Below, in pieces: positions 24,947 through 38,190 of a DNA stretch of 64,000 nt. Location: NCBI GenBank assembly GCA_964016885.1, contig OZ024744.1:107818001-107882000 (forward strand), in the 5' to 3' direction. The position numbers and the translations under genes were made by a program. The DNA is from Eledone cirrhosa. Its lineage: Eukaryota. Within the stretch, counting starts at the first letter, position 1. Each line of letters begins with the position of its first letter. Below the pieces are notes generated by a model. It was given only the letters and a program-made list of their open reading frames with translations. It was not told the origin of the DNA and did not search any database.

Positions 24947-26696
24947 TTAACCCTTTCGTTACCATATTTCTAATGAAAGATGCTGCTTATGCTCTTCAAA
25001 CCACTCGAAAAGAAAAATTTGAAGGGATTTAGTAACATAACTGACTTTCTTATTATTAAGCTGGCGTTTGGAACACAACTCAACAAAAGGTCTTGCATAA
25101 AACTATGATGGAAAGTTTTTAAATATAATACTTTAAACCTTTCCATACCATATTTCTAATGAAAGACATTACCTATAATAATCAAGTATTTGGAAGGATT
25201 TGGTAATATAACTACATTCCAATTATTAAGTTGATATTTGGAGCATGAATTAACAAGGCTTCTTACATAAAATTATGATGGAATATTCATTTGTAATGAA
25301 TGAAACTGATTACGACGCCAAATCCACCACATGGCATGCAGACAACATAATGGTTACTGTAACTGAAAATACTTTAACTCTTAACATCCTGTAAAAATTT
25401 AGTACAAAATATCTAGAAATGGATTTGTCAATTCAAATGTGTATAGTATATTTTACTGAAGGATGGATCATTGTGAACATTTGTAGTATTAGACTAAAGA
25501 CTAATATTTAACGTAATGCAGTCATTTTTCCACCCTACAAATAATGTTGCCTATGCAAAGTTTTTAATTAACTCCTAACATCCTGTAATTATTTAGCAAA
25601 AATATGTAGAAAATGCATTTGTTAATTCAAATATTTATAGTATCTTTATGGTGGACAAATTATTTTGGAAATTTTCAGTATTAGAGTATAGACGTTAATC
25701 CTTTCATTACTCTAATAAAAGACACCAACGATAATTTTCAAATCATTTTGAAAATAATCAAGAATAATCTCATTATCAAGCTGGTGTATAGAACATAACT
25801 AGACAAAAATTCTTGCTTTAAATTGGGACAGAAGATTTTTGGATAGTTATAAAGCCTTCGAAATAAACAATTTTGTATCATAGAACCAGAAGCAGTTTGG
25901 CATATAAATGGTTAATGTTTTATGTGATAGTGTTGTTTTGTACATAACTATTTACAGTATAAATTGTAAACATTTGCTATTCTAGACTAAAGGCTAATTT
26001 TTAATGTGACAGTCATGGTACTAGTTTGTACTTTTCAAGTATCTTTTGCTAATGAGGTTTGTTAATTCAAATGTTTATAGTATTTATACTAGAGGATAGA
26101 TTGTAAAAATTGGCAGTTTTAGAGTAAAGGCTTTAATATTTAATGTGATGCAGTCATTTTTTAACTTTTCCATTACCATCTTTCTAATGAAAGTCACTGC
26201 CTATGATTTTCAAATCATTATGAAAATAAGAATTTGGAAGGATTTACAAATTACAAATAACTTTCTCATTATTAAGCTGGTGTTTGGAACATAACTTATG
26301 ATGAAAGGATTTTAGATATAAACACTTTAACCCTGCCTTTTGTTACCATATTTCTTATGAAAGACACTGCCTATGACTTTCAAATCATTTTGAAAATAAT
26401 CAAGAATTTGAGAGGATTTAGTAATGCCATTAAATAACTTTCTTAAGAGTTTGAAACAAAGGTTCTTGCATAAAACTATGAAGTTTTTAAATAAAAACTA
26501 TCCCGTTTATATTTCTTAAGAAAGACACTGCCAATGATTCCTCAAATAATCAAGAATTTGAAGGGATTTAGTAATACAGCTTTCCCATTATTAATCTGCC
26601 ATTATAATAGTTTTTTTTTATAAATAAATATAAACACTTAAAACTAAATAGCCATGTATCATAGAACCAGGAATGGTTTGGTATCAAAAGAGTGAA
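24947..26696. repeat. Cluster of TTAA-type MITE copies interleaved with a ~195-bp degenerate AT-rich tandem unit
   Basis: TTAACCCTTTCGTTACCATATTTCTAATGAAAGA-like starts at ~24947, 25135, 25696, 26161, 26327; TTAACTC.TAACATCCTGTAA at 25374 and 25568. Confidence 0.6.
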
Positions 26697-26894
26697 TTTT
26701 TAATGCGATACAGTGACTGTGCTGCTTTTTATTTTTCAAAAATGACTTGCTTATATGATTTCATGTGGTACAGGACGTTAAGAGTATAAAATGAAAAGCC
26801 ATTCCTTGTAAAAGCATTACGGTACGGAACATGTTCACAACACAGTACTAGCAACAATGAACTAACGCCGTCTGTATTAAAATATATTTGATAC

Positions 26895-27141
26895 CCTGCT
26901 GTTGTTGATGATGGTGATGATGATGATGTTGCTGTTGTTGCGAAGATATTTGGCGCTGAATTTCCTGCAGCCATTCCAGGCTTCCAGGATTAAAATTTAG
27001 GGGCGACGGTGAAAGTTGAAACACAGCTATACCTTGTTGAGTGAGGGCAGCCAGAGTCGGAGGTAGTGGTGAGGTGGCTGAGGGTGTCGTGCTAGTGACT
27101 GGTAAAATACTTCCAAGGCCTGTGGTGTTCTTCAAGGGCTG
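26895..27141 (-). CDS. dom: domino exon with poly-Q/poly-H tract
   Basis: Acceptor ctcttag-CAG, donor gtatca; QPLKNTTG...LEWLQEIQRQISSQQQQHHHHHHHQQQQ; phase 0-1. Confidence 0.85.
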
Positions 27142-28351
27142 CTAAGAGACATAAATAAATAGATAGGCAGATATATAGATGAATAAATAGGTAGTCAGAT
27201 TGATGTATATAGATGAATAGATAGAGAGACAATCATCTAGTTGCGAAGCAAACTCCTTAACCATACGCCAATGTAACTGTAATAAAAACGGATAGAGTAG
27301 AAAGAGCTCTTAATTCCTGTCAAACAACTTCCCTCATACTGGTGGTATGATAAAAGTGCACCCAGTATATGCTGTTAAGTGCTTGGGGAATAGGAGTGGC
27401 ATCTAACCATAAAAACCATGTCGAAAACTATGAAACAATCAACCTATAACATACATACTAAACGCATTTAGAGAGCTAACACTATGTTAGTGCTGTGCAT
27501 GGTAGTGGGGTAGCCAATTTAGCATGTGTGAGAACCCCTTGACTGTCATCAAGTCTTTGTATCCCATCCTGGTAGAGAAATCTCTGAACCTCACACAGAT
27601 GACAAAGGAATGCAACAAGTCGATGGAGTCTGTGCCAGAGAAGATGTCCAACCCATGGATGCATGGAAAAATGAACATAAATAGGATGATATTTATATAT
27701 TTACGGATGACATTTTTATATCTACTGGTTTCATTTATTCAATTGCTGCTATGCTGGGGCACACCTTAGACAATCATATTGACCTCTACTTATTTTATTG
27801 ATTTCTTTTTGCTGAACCACTAAGTTATGAGATATAAACAAACACAAATGCAAACATAAAACATGGAAACACATACTCAACACGTTTCTCTAGTCACTGC
27901 CTATCAAATTCCCCTCATATGGCATTAGTCAACCAAAGGATTTAAAAGACACTTGCCCATGGTTTCACACAGCAGAATTGAACCCAGAATCACAGTTGGG
28001 AAGCAAATTCCTTGACCTCATAGTTATGCCTACACACACATAATTTGTGGTTCGACATAAAAGGTTTGTCATAGGTACAATAACCACTCAAATATTGATG
28101 CTACCATAAATTACACCCAAAACACCCACTAAAGTGGTAATTGGTTGGAAAGGCACACTGCCATAGAAAATTTACCAAACCAGGGTTAAGAGGAATCTTC
28201 AATTGTATCACATACATGCTGGCACCAAGATAAAGTGCATTCTGTAGATTGGAAAAAACATTGGTGACCAAGATGCAAGTCCCCAGCTCATCTTATGGAA
28301 AACATTAAATGATGATGATGATGATAAACACACAACCAAAAATAAACTTAC

Positions 28352-29679
28352 CGAGGAGATGCAGGCATCTGTCTCTGATGAAATTGTCTCATCGTCCTCA
28401 TCACTGTCCAATCCCTTCGATTTTAAAAACTGCAAGAGCTGCAAAGGGGGCCTTTTCCTCCACTGTGGGTAATCCATGAGGTTTCCATTACTTCCGAGAA
28501 AGAAACACTCAGCCAAATGCTCAGAGTGGTTCTCCTTAAGCTCGGACAACTCCTTGCGCCTGAACTCAATCATTCTCCTACGATATGCAGCAATTTCTGG
28601 TGTACCAGCAGGTTTCTCTTCAAGTTTCATACGTTTCCTAGGAGGTGCTAGTGTTGCACATAATGACGATGTTATAGGCAGGGCTGCCGATGTTGATGTA
28701 GTTGTCAATGAAGAAGGGTTTGTAGGGTTCGTGGTACAGTTGTTGGTGTATGTTGAGGGTAGTGCCAAACCAGAAGGCACTGATATACCCAAACCTAGAC
28801 TCATACCCATACCCAGTGGGGAAAAGCTGTTGTTGTTGTTGTTGTTGTTGCTTGGAATAGGGGTAGACGAAGACGCAATGAGCGATTGCTGGCTTTGCCC
28901 TTGCATTTCAAGGGGACGCACAATAGGGAGTGGGGTAATTGCGGCTGAGATTGCGATGGCATTGCTACTACCACCGCTACTGGCAAGAGTGTCTCCTGTT
29001 GGTGTTGGTGTTAAATTGACTGTGGCCCCTGTGGCTGACAGCCCCATCGCAGAAGGAGTAGTAGTGGTGATAGCAGTAGTAGTAGCATACAAAGGTGATG
29101 GGCCAGTCGCAGTTGTGCCAGTCGAAGCAGGTAGCCTTTGAGCAAACCAGTCCAGGCCCCATCTGGCCTGTGTCTGTACTATATGTGTCTGCTGGTGTTG
29201 CTGCTGCTGTTGGTGGTTGTTAGCATTAGAAAGACTTATAGAGAGTGGAGATATTGTAGGAGTATTTCCCGGCACGCTGAGCGTACCCATCGATCCTCGA
29301 TGGTGGTGTATTGTTGCTGCAGATATATTTGCTTCTTGTTGTGCAGCCGAGGCAGCTACTGTTGAAGTCCCTACAGTAGCAGCTGCAACTGTAGCTTGTT
29401 GCTGCTGCTGTTGTGATTGCTGCAAGCGAGTAGAGAGCACATGCTGCAGTGCATTGGCACTAGCATCCTGTAGGGGAAGCAATGTTGCTGATGTAGCTGA
29501 TGACGACGAAGTAGAGTGTGCATTTGCACCCAGGGACACCACCACTGCTGCCCCAGACAGCGCACCCACAGGTGCACCCGACACTGTTGCCGTTGTTGCA
29601 GCTTGGAGTGTTGTGGGTTGTGGTGTCTGTGGAGACTTGCGGATAGTAACAGCAGGTGCACATAGTGTTTCTGGAAATT
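28352..29679 (-). CDS. dom: domino large N-terminal exon (low complexity plus EP400_N-like motif)
   Basis: Poly-T tract then cag acceptor, gtaagt donor; PPRKRMKL...EHLAECFFLGSNGNLMDYPQWRKR; start codon uncertain. Confidence 0.9.
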
Positions 29680-29829
29680 CTGAAAAAAAAAAAAAGAAAA
29701 AAAAAAGAATTAATGAAAAGAAAAAAAATCTTTTATTGATTTCAGCCATTGGACTGTTGTCATGCTGGGGCACCACAGTCATGGTTATAAAATGAATCCT
29801 TTATCACACAACCATACCTTATTTTATAT

Positions 29830-30541
29830 ATGAGATGCATTCAAAACTAATGCTGCATGGGAAAAATTTTGGGGGTAGATTGTGCTGGTTAGCAACATCA
29901 GTCGCAACTGTTAAGCCTAGTGTACAGATGTGTAGTGTGCGCTCATTGAATTTTTGTTTCCAGGTAAGCTGCATCAAGTTTTGCCAAAAGCCTGGTGATA
30001 CGCAAGCTTAAACCAGGCAGGCTACCTTCAAGCCGAAATGAAGAGCCAATTGAGAAAGTTCAGTGAATAGTCATGGAAGGCCATTGTCTAACAATCCAGG
30101 AAATTGCTCACAAAGGGCTAATAAACACAGGATCAGTGCATTCCATTCTAACGGAGGATCTGTGCATGCTGAGAGTGTTGGTGAAATTAGTCCCTAAGAT
30201 GCTGGCAGAACAGGAGAGGCAACTCCACATGGAAAGCGCTCAGGACATGCTGAATTATGCAAATCACAACCCAGACGTCACCAAATTTTTGGCTAGACTT
30301 GATGTAATATCTCTGCTCGATGTGTTCAGTCAGCTTGCATAAAAACAAAAATCAGATGAGTGCGCACTACACATCTGTTCTTTAGGCATAACAACTGGGA
30401 ACAGAATTGGCTGACCAGCATGGAAATGTTCATGCTTGCACAGGAAGAGTGGTGTCACCTCCCACCCAAAGAATTTTATCCACACAACATTAGTTTTGTC
30501 GGGAAAAAATAAAGTCAGATACTTTTTTAATGCACCTTGTG
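29830..30541 (+). mobile_element. Internally deleted mariner element
   Basis: TIR-like ends ATGAGATGCATTCAAAAC and TTTTTTAATGCACCTTGTG; LTIQEIA...GSVHSILTEDL..RV.VKLVPKML mariner HTH/VP motif at 30073-30280. Confidence 0.78.
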
Positions 30542-30719
30542 TGCATGTATACAGACACACACAAATATATAAACACGAATAATTAACATATATTCATACA
30601 AACATAATATATACAAACACACACACACATTATATATATATATATATGTATGTATATATATATATACACACACACAAATATATAAACACAATTAATATAT
30701 ACACATATTTATACCACAT

Positions 30720-31040
30720 GATGGCTGCCCCCTTGTTATAGAGTATGGCCATTACACAATATACCATTATTAATAATTTTATCAATTAATGCCATCATGC
30801 AATGCCTGTGCGTGAAGATATTTTTTAAAGTGAGGAAAGACTGCACTGAGCCAATCCCACTCTCTGAGTGACAGTAGCTATAACCCGAAAAGAAGAAAAG
30901 ATCAACATCATCAGTAACTACTGAGCCGCAGGTTTTATGTCGGAGTTATCCCAGTTTCCTGAATTGCCATCTCCTTGAAGAATACCCTGACAAAGGGTAG
31001 GGTGTCCTTCACTCCTTAATAGGGTATCCAGCCCGATTAT
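30720..31040 (-). mobile_element. 3' part of the non-autonomous family represented by 36984-37592
   Basis: Shares GGCTGCC...GAGTA.GGCCA.TAC end and GCCAATCCCACTCTCT with 36985-37260 and 60962-61150. Confidence 0.55.
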
Positions 31041-31044
31041 TTAT

Positions 31045-31097
<53 letters not shown>

Positions 31098-31235
31098 CAG
31101 AAAGGACTGTGACGAATGGAGAGATGCCGTGCTTAATAACCCTTGCAAGCAGAGAAAAGCGAACGTAAAATGATGATGATGATATATATATATATATAAA
31201 TATATATACACACACACACATATATATATACATAT

Positions 31236-31605
31236 ATTAGATAGTAAAAATAGTGCAACTGTTGTATTTTTGACTAAGTAAATTAGCTTAATAATTTGGA
31301 GTTATAAAAACCCACAGAAATGGAAAAAATGAATGAGTATTGACGTACATGGGACACGAACCTACATCGCTGGCTACTATGAACCATTGTGTTATTACAC
31401 TAATACGCCACTCACACAAATATCCATTCAATTTGAAACTATAAAATCATAGTGTATGAATACAAATATATAAGATACAAAGCTTTACCTACCAGCTTTT
31501 GTATAAAAAAAGCGGAGAATTTCTGTGATTTTTTTATAACTCCAAATAATTAGGCTAATTTAATTACTCAAAAATACAAGGGTGGCACTATTTTCACTAT
31601 CTAAT
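31236..31605. mobile_element. MITE-like element with ~85-bp terminal inverted repeats
   Basis: ATTAGATAGTAAAAATAGTGC...CACAGAAAT is inverted relative to ATTTCTGTG...GCACTATTTTCACTATCTAAT. Confidence 0.75.
31341..31409 (-). pseudogene. tRNA-like sequence inside the inverted-repeat element
   Basis: Acceptor stem GGCGTAT/GTACGTC-A, T arm GTAGG-TTCGTGT-CCCAT; D and anticodon arms degenerate. Confidence 0.45.
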
Positions 31606-31674
31606 TTCAAATTCTTTGCTGTTTGTAAACAAAAACTGATAAAGCTTTGTATCATATATATATATATATATATT

Positions 31675-31855
31675 CCATGATGTCAGGTCACTCTTGAGTG
31701 CTACTGGTAACATGTAAACCAGTACAACCTGTAAATGGTCGGCTCGGCGGTGACTAAACTGGCAACGCCACCAGGTTTACTTGGACACCCTGCAGGACAA
31801 AAAACTAAACCTGACAAAGGGCGGAAGAACTCAGAGTCAACGGCCATCCAAAAAT
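31675..31855 (+). mobile_element. Structured 5' head of the non-autonomous retroelement family
   Basis: Matches the reverse complement of 37395-37592 and 9770-9935. Confidence 0.6.
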
Positions 31856-31914
31856 ATGTAAATATGTATATACACATGTACATATGTATGTGTATGTATA
31901 TGCATGTGTATATG

Positions 31915-32480
31915 CCTGGGTGTCAGGGAGGGGCATGTGACAGCTCTTCCGCCATTGGGTCCCACCTGACACTCAGCTCTCACCTGTGGCCCCAAGAAGC
32001 TGTAGCATGCAACAGCGGCCACACCCCGGTAAACCGCCTTGGCTGGCAGGCCGAACCAGGTTGAGGGTAGCCGGATGGGTCTGAAACCCCCCGGTGAGTT
32101 AGATAGGGGTGCCTGCCCCTGCATGTGAAGACTGGACCCAGCGGAGTGAGTGGAGGAGGACATCATCCCAACTGTCACAAAGGCGGCGACAGCAAGCAGT
32201 GTGGAGCGCTAGGGCACAGCAAGGCACTACAGGTGTCGTGGCCATCCACTGCAGCCAAGGAAGTCCCTGGTCGTGACGGTCCTCCGTACCACCGGATTCT
32301 GGCTTTCTGCAGCCGAGTGAGTGGGACCGTCACTGTGCACTGGCTCTCTATAAACCTTTCCCGCGCAGGTTTCTTCCTTAGCGTGCACTCCCAAAGCCCT
32401 GCGGCGATGGGCAAGAGGTGGAGGTAACCTCTGGGAGTTGCCTCCACTGACCCCGGACCTGCAAGTCAAGGATCGGCCTC
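31915..32480 (+). mobile_element. GC-rich 5' UTR of an RTE/BovB-like LINE with candidate HDV-like ribozyme
   Basis: GC- and CpG-rich island resembling RTE 5' UTRs as recalled; nested helices at 31918-32065. Confidence 0.5.
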
Positions 32481-32499
32481 CACAGCCACCTTCGTGCCC

Positions 32500-33700
32500 A
32501 CAGCAGATGGGAACAATAAAGAAGATGTCATCATCGTTTACGATGGACAACCAAGATATATATTCCTACTTTTCTTAATCAAGGAGGAATTCCCGAAATA
32601 AACCATGACCAAGTGTGGTCCCCGCGCTTGCCTCAGGTTTAGGAAAGAACTCACAGCTTTCTTTAAAGGCTTCAACCTCTCCATACAAGTTGAAGCCAAC
32701 CTTTCTGTTGTAAACTACTCCAACGTAACATTCAACTTGTCGAATGGCTTGCACTACCCGTATAAAAAGCCGAATGATACGCTTAATTACATTAGTAAGC
32801 ATTCTGACCTTTCAGCCAGCATAATCAAGAACCTGGTAAGAAATGTTTCATTGAGGCTTTCCCATCTATCAACAAGCAAGCATATTTTCAACAACCATTC
32901 CACATATTACAATGAAGCTCTTGCTCAGAGTGGATTTGTTGATAAGGTAAAATATACTAAGTATGAGCATAAACCTAGGAAAAATAGATCCCGATGCATT
33001 ATAATATGGAGGTGGCCAAACCATTAGCTAAAATCTTTCTCTCCCTTATTAACAAGCATTTCCCCTCAGGACATAAATATAATAAAATATTTAATAGAAA
33101 CACCGTTAAGATCTCTTACTCCACGACTACAAACTTCACACATAATATCACTGCATAAAATTTAACCAAATTACCTAGCCGTATAGTAGCACTAACAACC
33201 CTGTAACTAGTACTAACTGTAATTGTAGGAATCGGGAAGACTACCCTCTATCCGAGAAATGCCTATCCAGTAATATTGTCTGCAAATGTAAGGTCGACAC
33301 ACCCACGTCTAGTAGGACCTACATAGAGTAAAGCGCCAATAGATTCAAGCAGCGTCTCTACATGCACACCCATTCTTTTCTTAACCCTTTAAGAAGGAAC
33401 ATGACGTCACTTTCGGCCTATGTCTGGAGTCTAAAAGACAATACCTGACATAGGTTACATTGGGAGATCCTAACTAAAGCTAGATTGTATAATGGAAACA
33501 AAAGACCACTTGATCTTTGCCTCGCTGAAGCCCTGCAAATACCCCACGCCAATGATCAAATCTTAAAAAATCTGAGGCGAGTTCAGCTTGTAAACACAAA
33601 TTGCATAAACTCCTGTATTACAGCCCCACATTATACCCTAACGAACAATATGCTGATATATAAATCATGATGTCGTAGCTAAGTATATTTTCGCTTTATA
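32500..33700 (+). mobile_element. Penelope-like element, probably Naiad type (RT thumb, Cys linker, GIY-YIG), decayed
   Basis: VNYSNVTFNL..YPYKKPN..YISKHS, KIFNRNTVKISYS, CNCRN..PL..KC, FKQRLYMH, WEIL...LCLAE. Confidence 0.8.
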
Positions 33701-33729
33701 CCACAATTTATCTATAGAGGTAAGTACAC

Positions 33730-33810
33730 ATTATACATATAAACATATATATATATAAACATATTTATAAACATATATATATAAACATATATATACATAC
33801 ATATATATAC

Positions 33811-33847
<37 letters not shown>

Positions 33848-35467
33848 AACACATATATATACATACATATATATATAAACATATATATATAAACATATAT
33901 CAACATATATATACATACATATATATAAATATATATATACATACATATATATAAACATATATATAAACATATATATACATACATATATATCAACATATAT
34001 ATACATACATATATATAAATATATATATACATACATATATATAAACATATATATACATACATATATACCTATATATACACATATATATAAACATATATAC
34101 ATACATATATCTATATATATATATATACCTATATATAAACATATATACATACATATATCTATATATATATATACCTATATATAAACATATATACATACAT
34201 ATATCTATATATATATATACTTATATATAAACATATATACATACATATATCTATATATATATATACCTATATATAAACATATATACATACATATATCTAT
34301 ATATATATATACCTATATATAAACATATATACATACATATATCTATATATATATATACCTATATATAAACATATATACATACATATATCTATATATATAT
34401 ATACTTATATATAAACATATATACATACATATATCTATATATATATATACCTACATATAAACATATATACATACATATATCTATATATATATATATATAC
34501 CTATATATAAACATATATACATACATATATCTATATATATATATACCTATATATAAACATATATACATACATATATCTATATATATATATACCTATATAT
34601 AAACATATATACATACATATATCTATATATATATATACCTATATATAAACATATATACATACATATATCTATATATATATATAAACATACATATATATAT
34701 ACATACATATGTATATACATACATATGTATATACATACATATGTATATACATACATATGTATATACATACATATGTATATACATACATATGTATATACAT
34801 ACATATGTATATACATACATATGTATATACATACATATGTATATATATACATATGTATATACATGCATATGTATATACATGCATATACATGCATATACAT
34901 GCATATACATGCATATACATGCATATACATGCATATACATGCATATACATGCATGTGTATATACATACATGTGTATATACATACATGTGTATATACATAC
35001 ATGTGTATATACATACGTGTGTATATACATACATGTGTATATACATACGTGTGTATATACATACATGTGTATATACATACATGTGTATATACATACATGT
35101 GTATATACATACATGTGTATATACATACATGTGTATATACATACATGTGTATATACATATGTATATACATACATATACATACATATACATACCTATACAT
35201 ATACATATGTATACATATATATACATATACATACATACATATGTATATACATATATATACATATACATACATACATATGTATATACATATATATACATAT
35301 ACATACATATGTATACATATATATACATACATACATATATATACATACATACATATGTATATACATACATACATATGTATATACATACATACATATGTAT
35401 ATATATATACATACATATATATATATATATATACATATATACATATGTATATACATACATACATATG

Positions 35468-35499
<32 letters not shown>

Positions 35500-35500
35500 C

Positions 35501-35540
<40 letters not shown>

Positions 35541-35630
35541 ACATATATATACATATATATATATATACATATATATACATACATATATATATATATACAT
35601 ATATATACATACATATATATATATATATAC

Positions 35631-35712
<82 letters not shown>

Positions 35713-35729
35713 ACATATATATACATACA

Positions 35730-35777
<48 letters not shown>

Positions 35778-35806
35778 CATACATACATATATATACATAC
35801 ATATAC

Positions 35807-35851
<45 letters not shown>

Positions 35852-35864
35852 CATATATATATAC

Positions 35865-35909
<45 letters not shown>

Positions 35910-35911
35910 CA

Positions 35912-35952
<41 letters not shown>

Positions 35953-35956
35953 ATAC

Positions 35957-36010
<54 letters not shown>

Positions 36011-36014
36011 ATAC

Positions 36015-36075
<61 letters not shown>

Positions 36076-36076
36076 C

Positions 36077-36138
<62 letters not shown>

Positions 36139-36142
36139 ATAC

Positions 36143-36210
<68 letters not shown>

Positions 36211-36219
36211 ACATACATA

Positions 36220-36260
<41 letters not shown>

Positions 36261-36299
36261 ATACATATATATATACATATATATACATACATATATATA

Positions 36300-36333
<34 letters not shown>

Positions 36334-36428
36334 CATACATACATATACATACATACATATACATACATATACATACATACATATACATACATACATATAT
36401 ATACATATACATACATACATATACATAC

Positions 36429-36481
<53 letters not shown>

Positions 36482-36591
36482 CATATATATACATACATAT
36501 ATACATACATATATATATATATACATACATATATACATACATATATATATATATACATACATATATACATACATATATATATATATACATA

Positions 36592-36623
<32 letters not shown>

Positions 36624-36641
36624 CATATATATACAAACATA

Positions 36642-36700
<59 letters not shown>

Positions 36701-36786
36701 ACATATATATACATACATATATATATATACATATATATACATACATATATATATATACATATATATACATACATATATATATATAC

Positions 36787-36867
<81 letters not shown>

Positions 36868-36983
36868 CATATATATACATACATATATATATACATATAT
36901 ATACATATATACATATATACATATATATATATACATATATACATATATATATATACATATATACATATACATACATACATATG
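33730..36983. repeat. 3.2-kb compound TA/CA microsatellite with ~45-, 16- and 10-bp higher-order units
   Basis: Direct reading; source of the 700-840 aa YI-repeat ORFs. Confidence 0.97.
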
Positions 36984-37592
36984 GTGGCTGCCAACTCGTT
37001 TTCGAGTACGGCCACTACTTTATATCCATGTAGGAGAACCCCTACTGATGCGCTGAACGAGTGTGACTTTTTAGTCCAGCCAGCGACTTGAAAGCTCTGG
37101 TACAAACACTACACTTGTGACAATTATTGACACATAGTGCTGGGCCCATGGTACCATGTGACGACAAGTGCAGAGAGATCTCCAGATATAAAGCAATGCC
37201 TGTGCTGTGAAGCTTTTATAGTGAGCAAAGGCACTGCACAAAGCCAGTCCCACTCTCTTAACCAAGATGATATTTACCAAAAAGAAGAACAAGTCAACAT
37301 CATTGGATACCATCAGAGTTGCAGGTGTTATATCAGAGTTTTCCTTCTCCTAGAATTCTGCCTTGACAAAGGCTAAGGGGTCATCTCTCCCGGTGATTTT
37401 GGATGGCCATTGACTCTTAAGAGCTCCTTTGCCTTTTGACAGGTTTTGTTTTTAGTCCTGCAGGATGTCCAAAGTCACCCTCCTCACCAAGAAACCTTGG
37501 TGGGGTTGCCAGTTTAGTCGCCAACGACCCGACCATGAGACAGGTTGTACTGGGATACATGTTACCAGTAGCACCAACTGGTGACCTGACAT
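36984..37592 (-). mobile_element. Most complete (~600 bp) copy of the non-autonomous retroelement with a structured head
   Basis: Head shared with 31675 and 9935; CTAGGAGAAGGAAAACTCTGA segment shared with the RTE upstream region 57750-57890; tail shared with 30720 and 60962. Confidence 0.65.
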
Positions 37593-38150
37593 ACATACAT
37601 ATATACATATATATACATACATATATACATATACATACATACATATATATATATACATATATATACATACATATACATATACATACATATACATATGTAT
37701 ATACATACATATACATATGTATATACATACATATACATATGTATATACATACATATGTATATACATACATATACATATGTATATACATACATATGTATAT
37801 ACATACATATGTATATACATACATATGTATACACATACATATGTATATACATACATATGTATACACATACATATGTATATACATACATATGTATACACAT
37901 ACATATGTATATACATACATATGTATACACATACATATGTATATACATACATATGTATACACATACATATGTATATACATACATATGTATACACATACAT
38001 ATGTATATACATACATATGTATATACATACATATGTATACACATACATATGTATATACATACATATGTATACACATACATATGTATATACATACATATGT
38101 ATATACATACATATGTATATACATACATACATATGTATACACATACAAAC

Positions 38151-38190
<40 letters not shown>
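37590..38190. repeat. 16-bp minisatellite (ACATACATATGTATAY) plus TA microsatellite
   Basis: Direct reading. Confidence 0.95.

Noticed and set aside
29680-29782. N-terminal part of the 524-aa ORF 28208..29782 (FFFF run)
   Set aside because: Read-through into the polypyrimidine tract; the exon starts at 29679 and ends at the 28352 donor
28476-29795. Plus-strand ORFs of 221 and 192 aa
   Set aside because: Antisense shadows of the low-complexity domino exon
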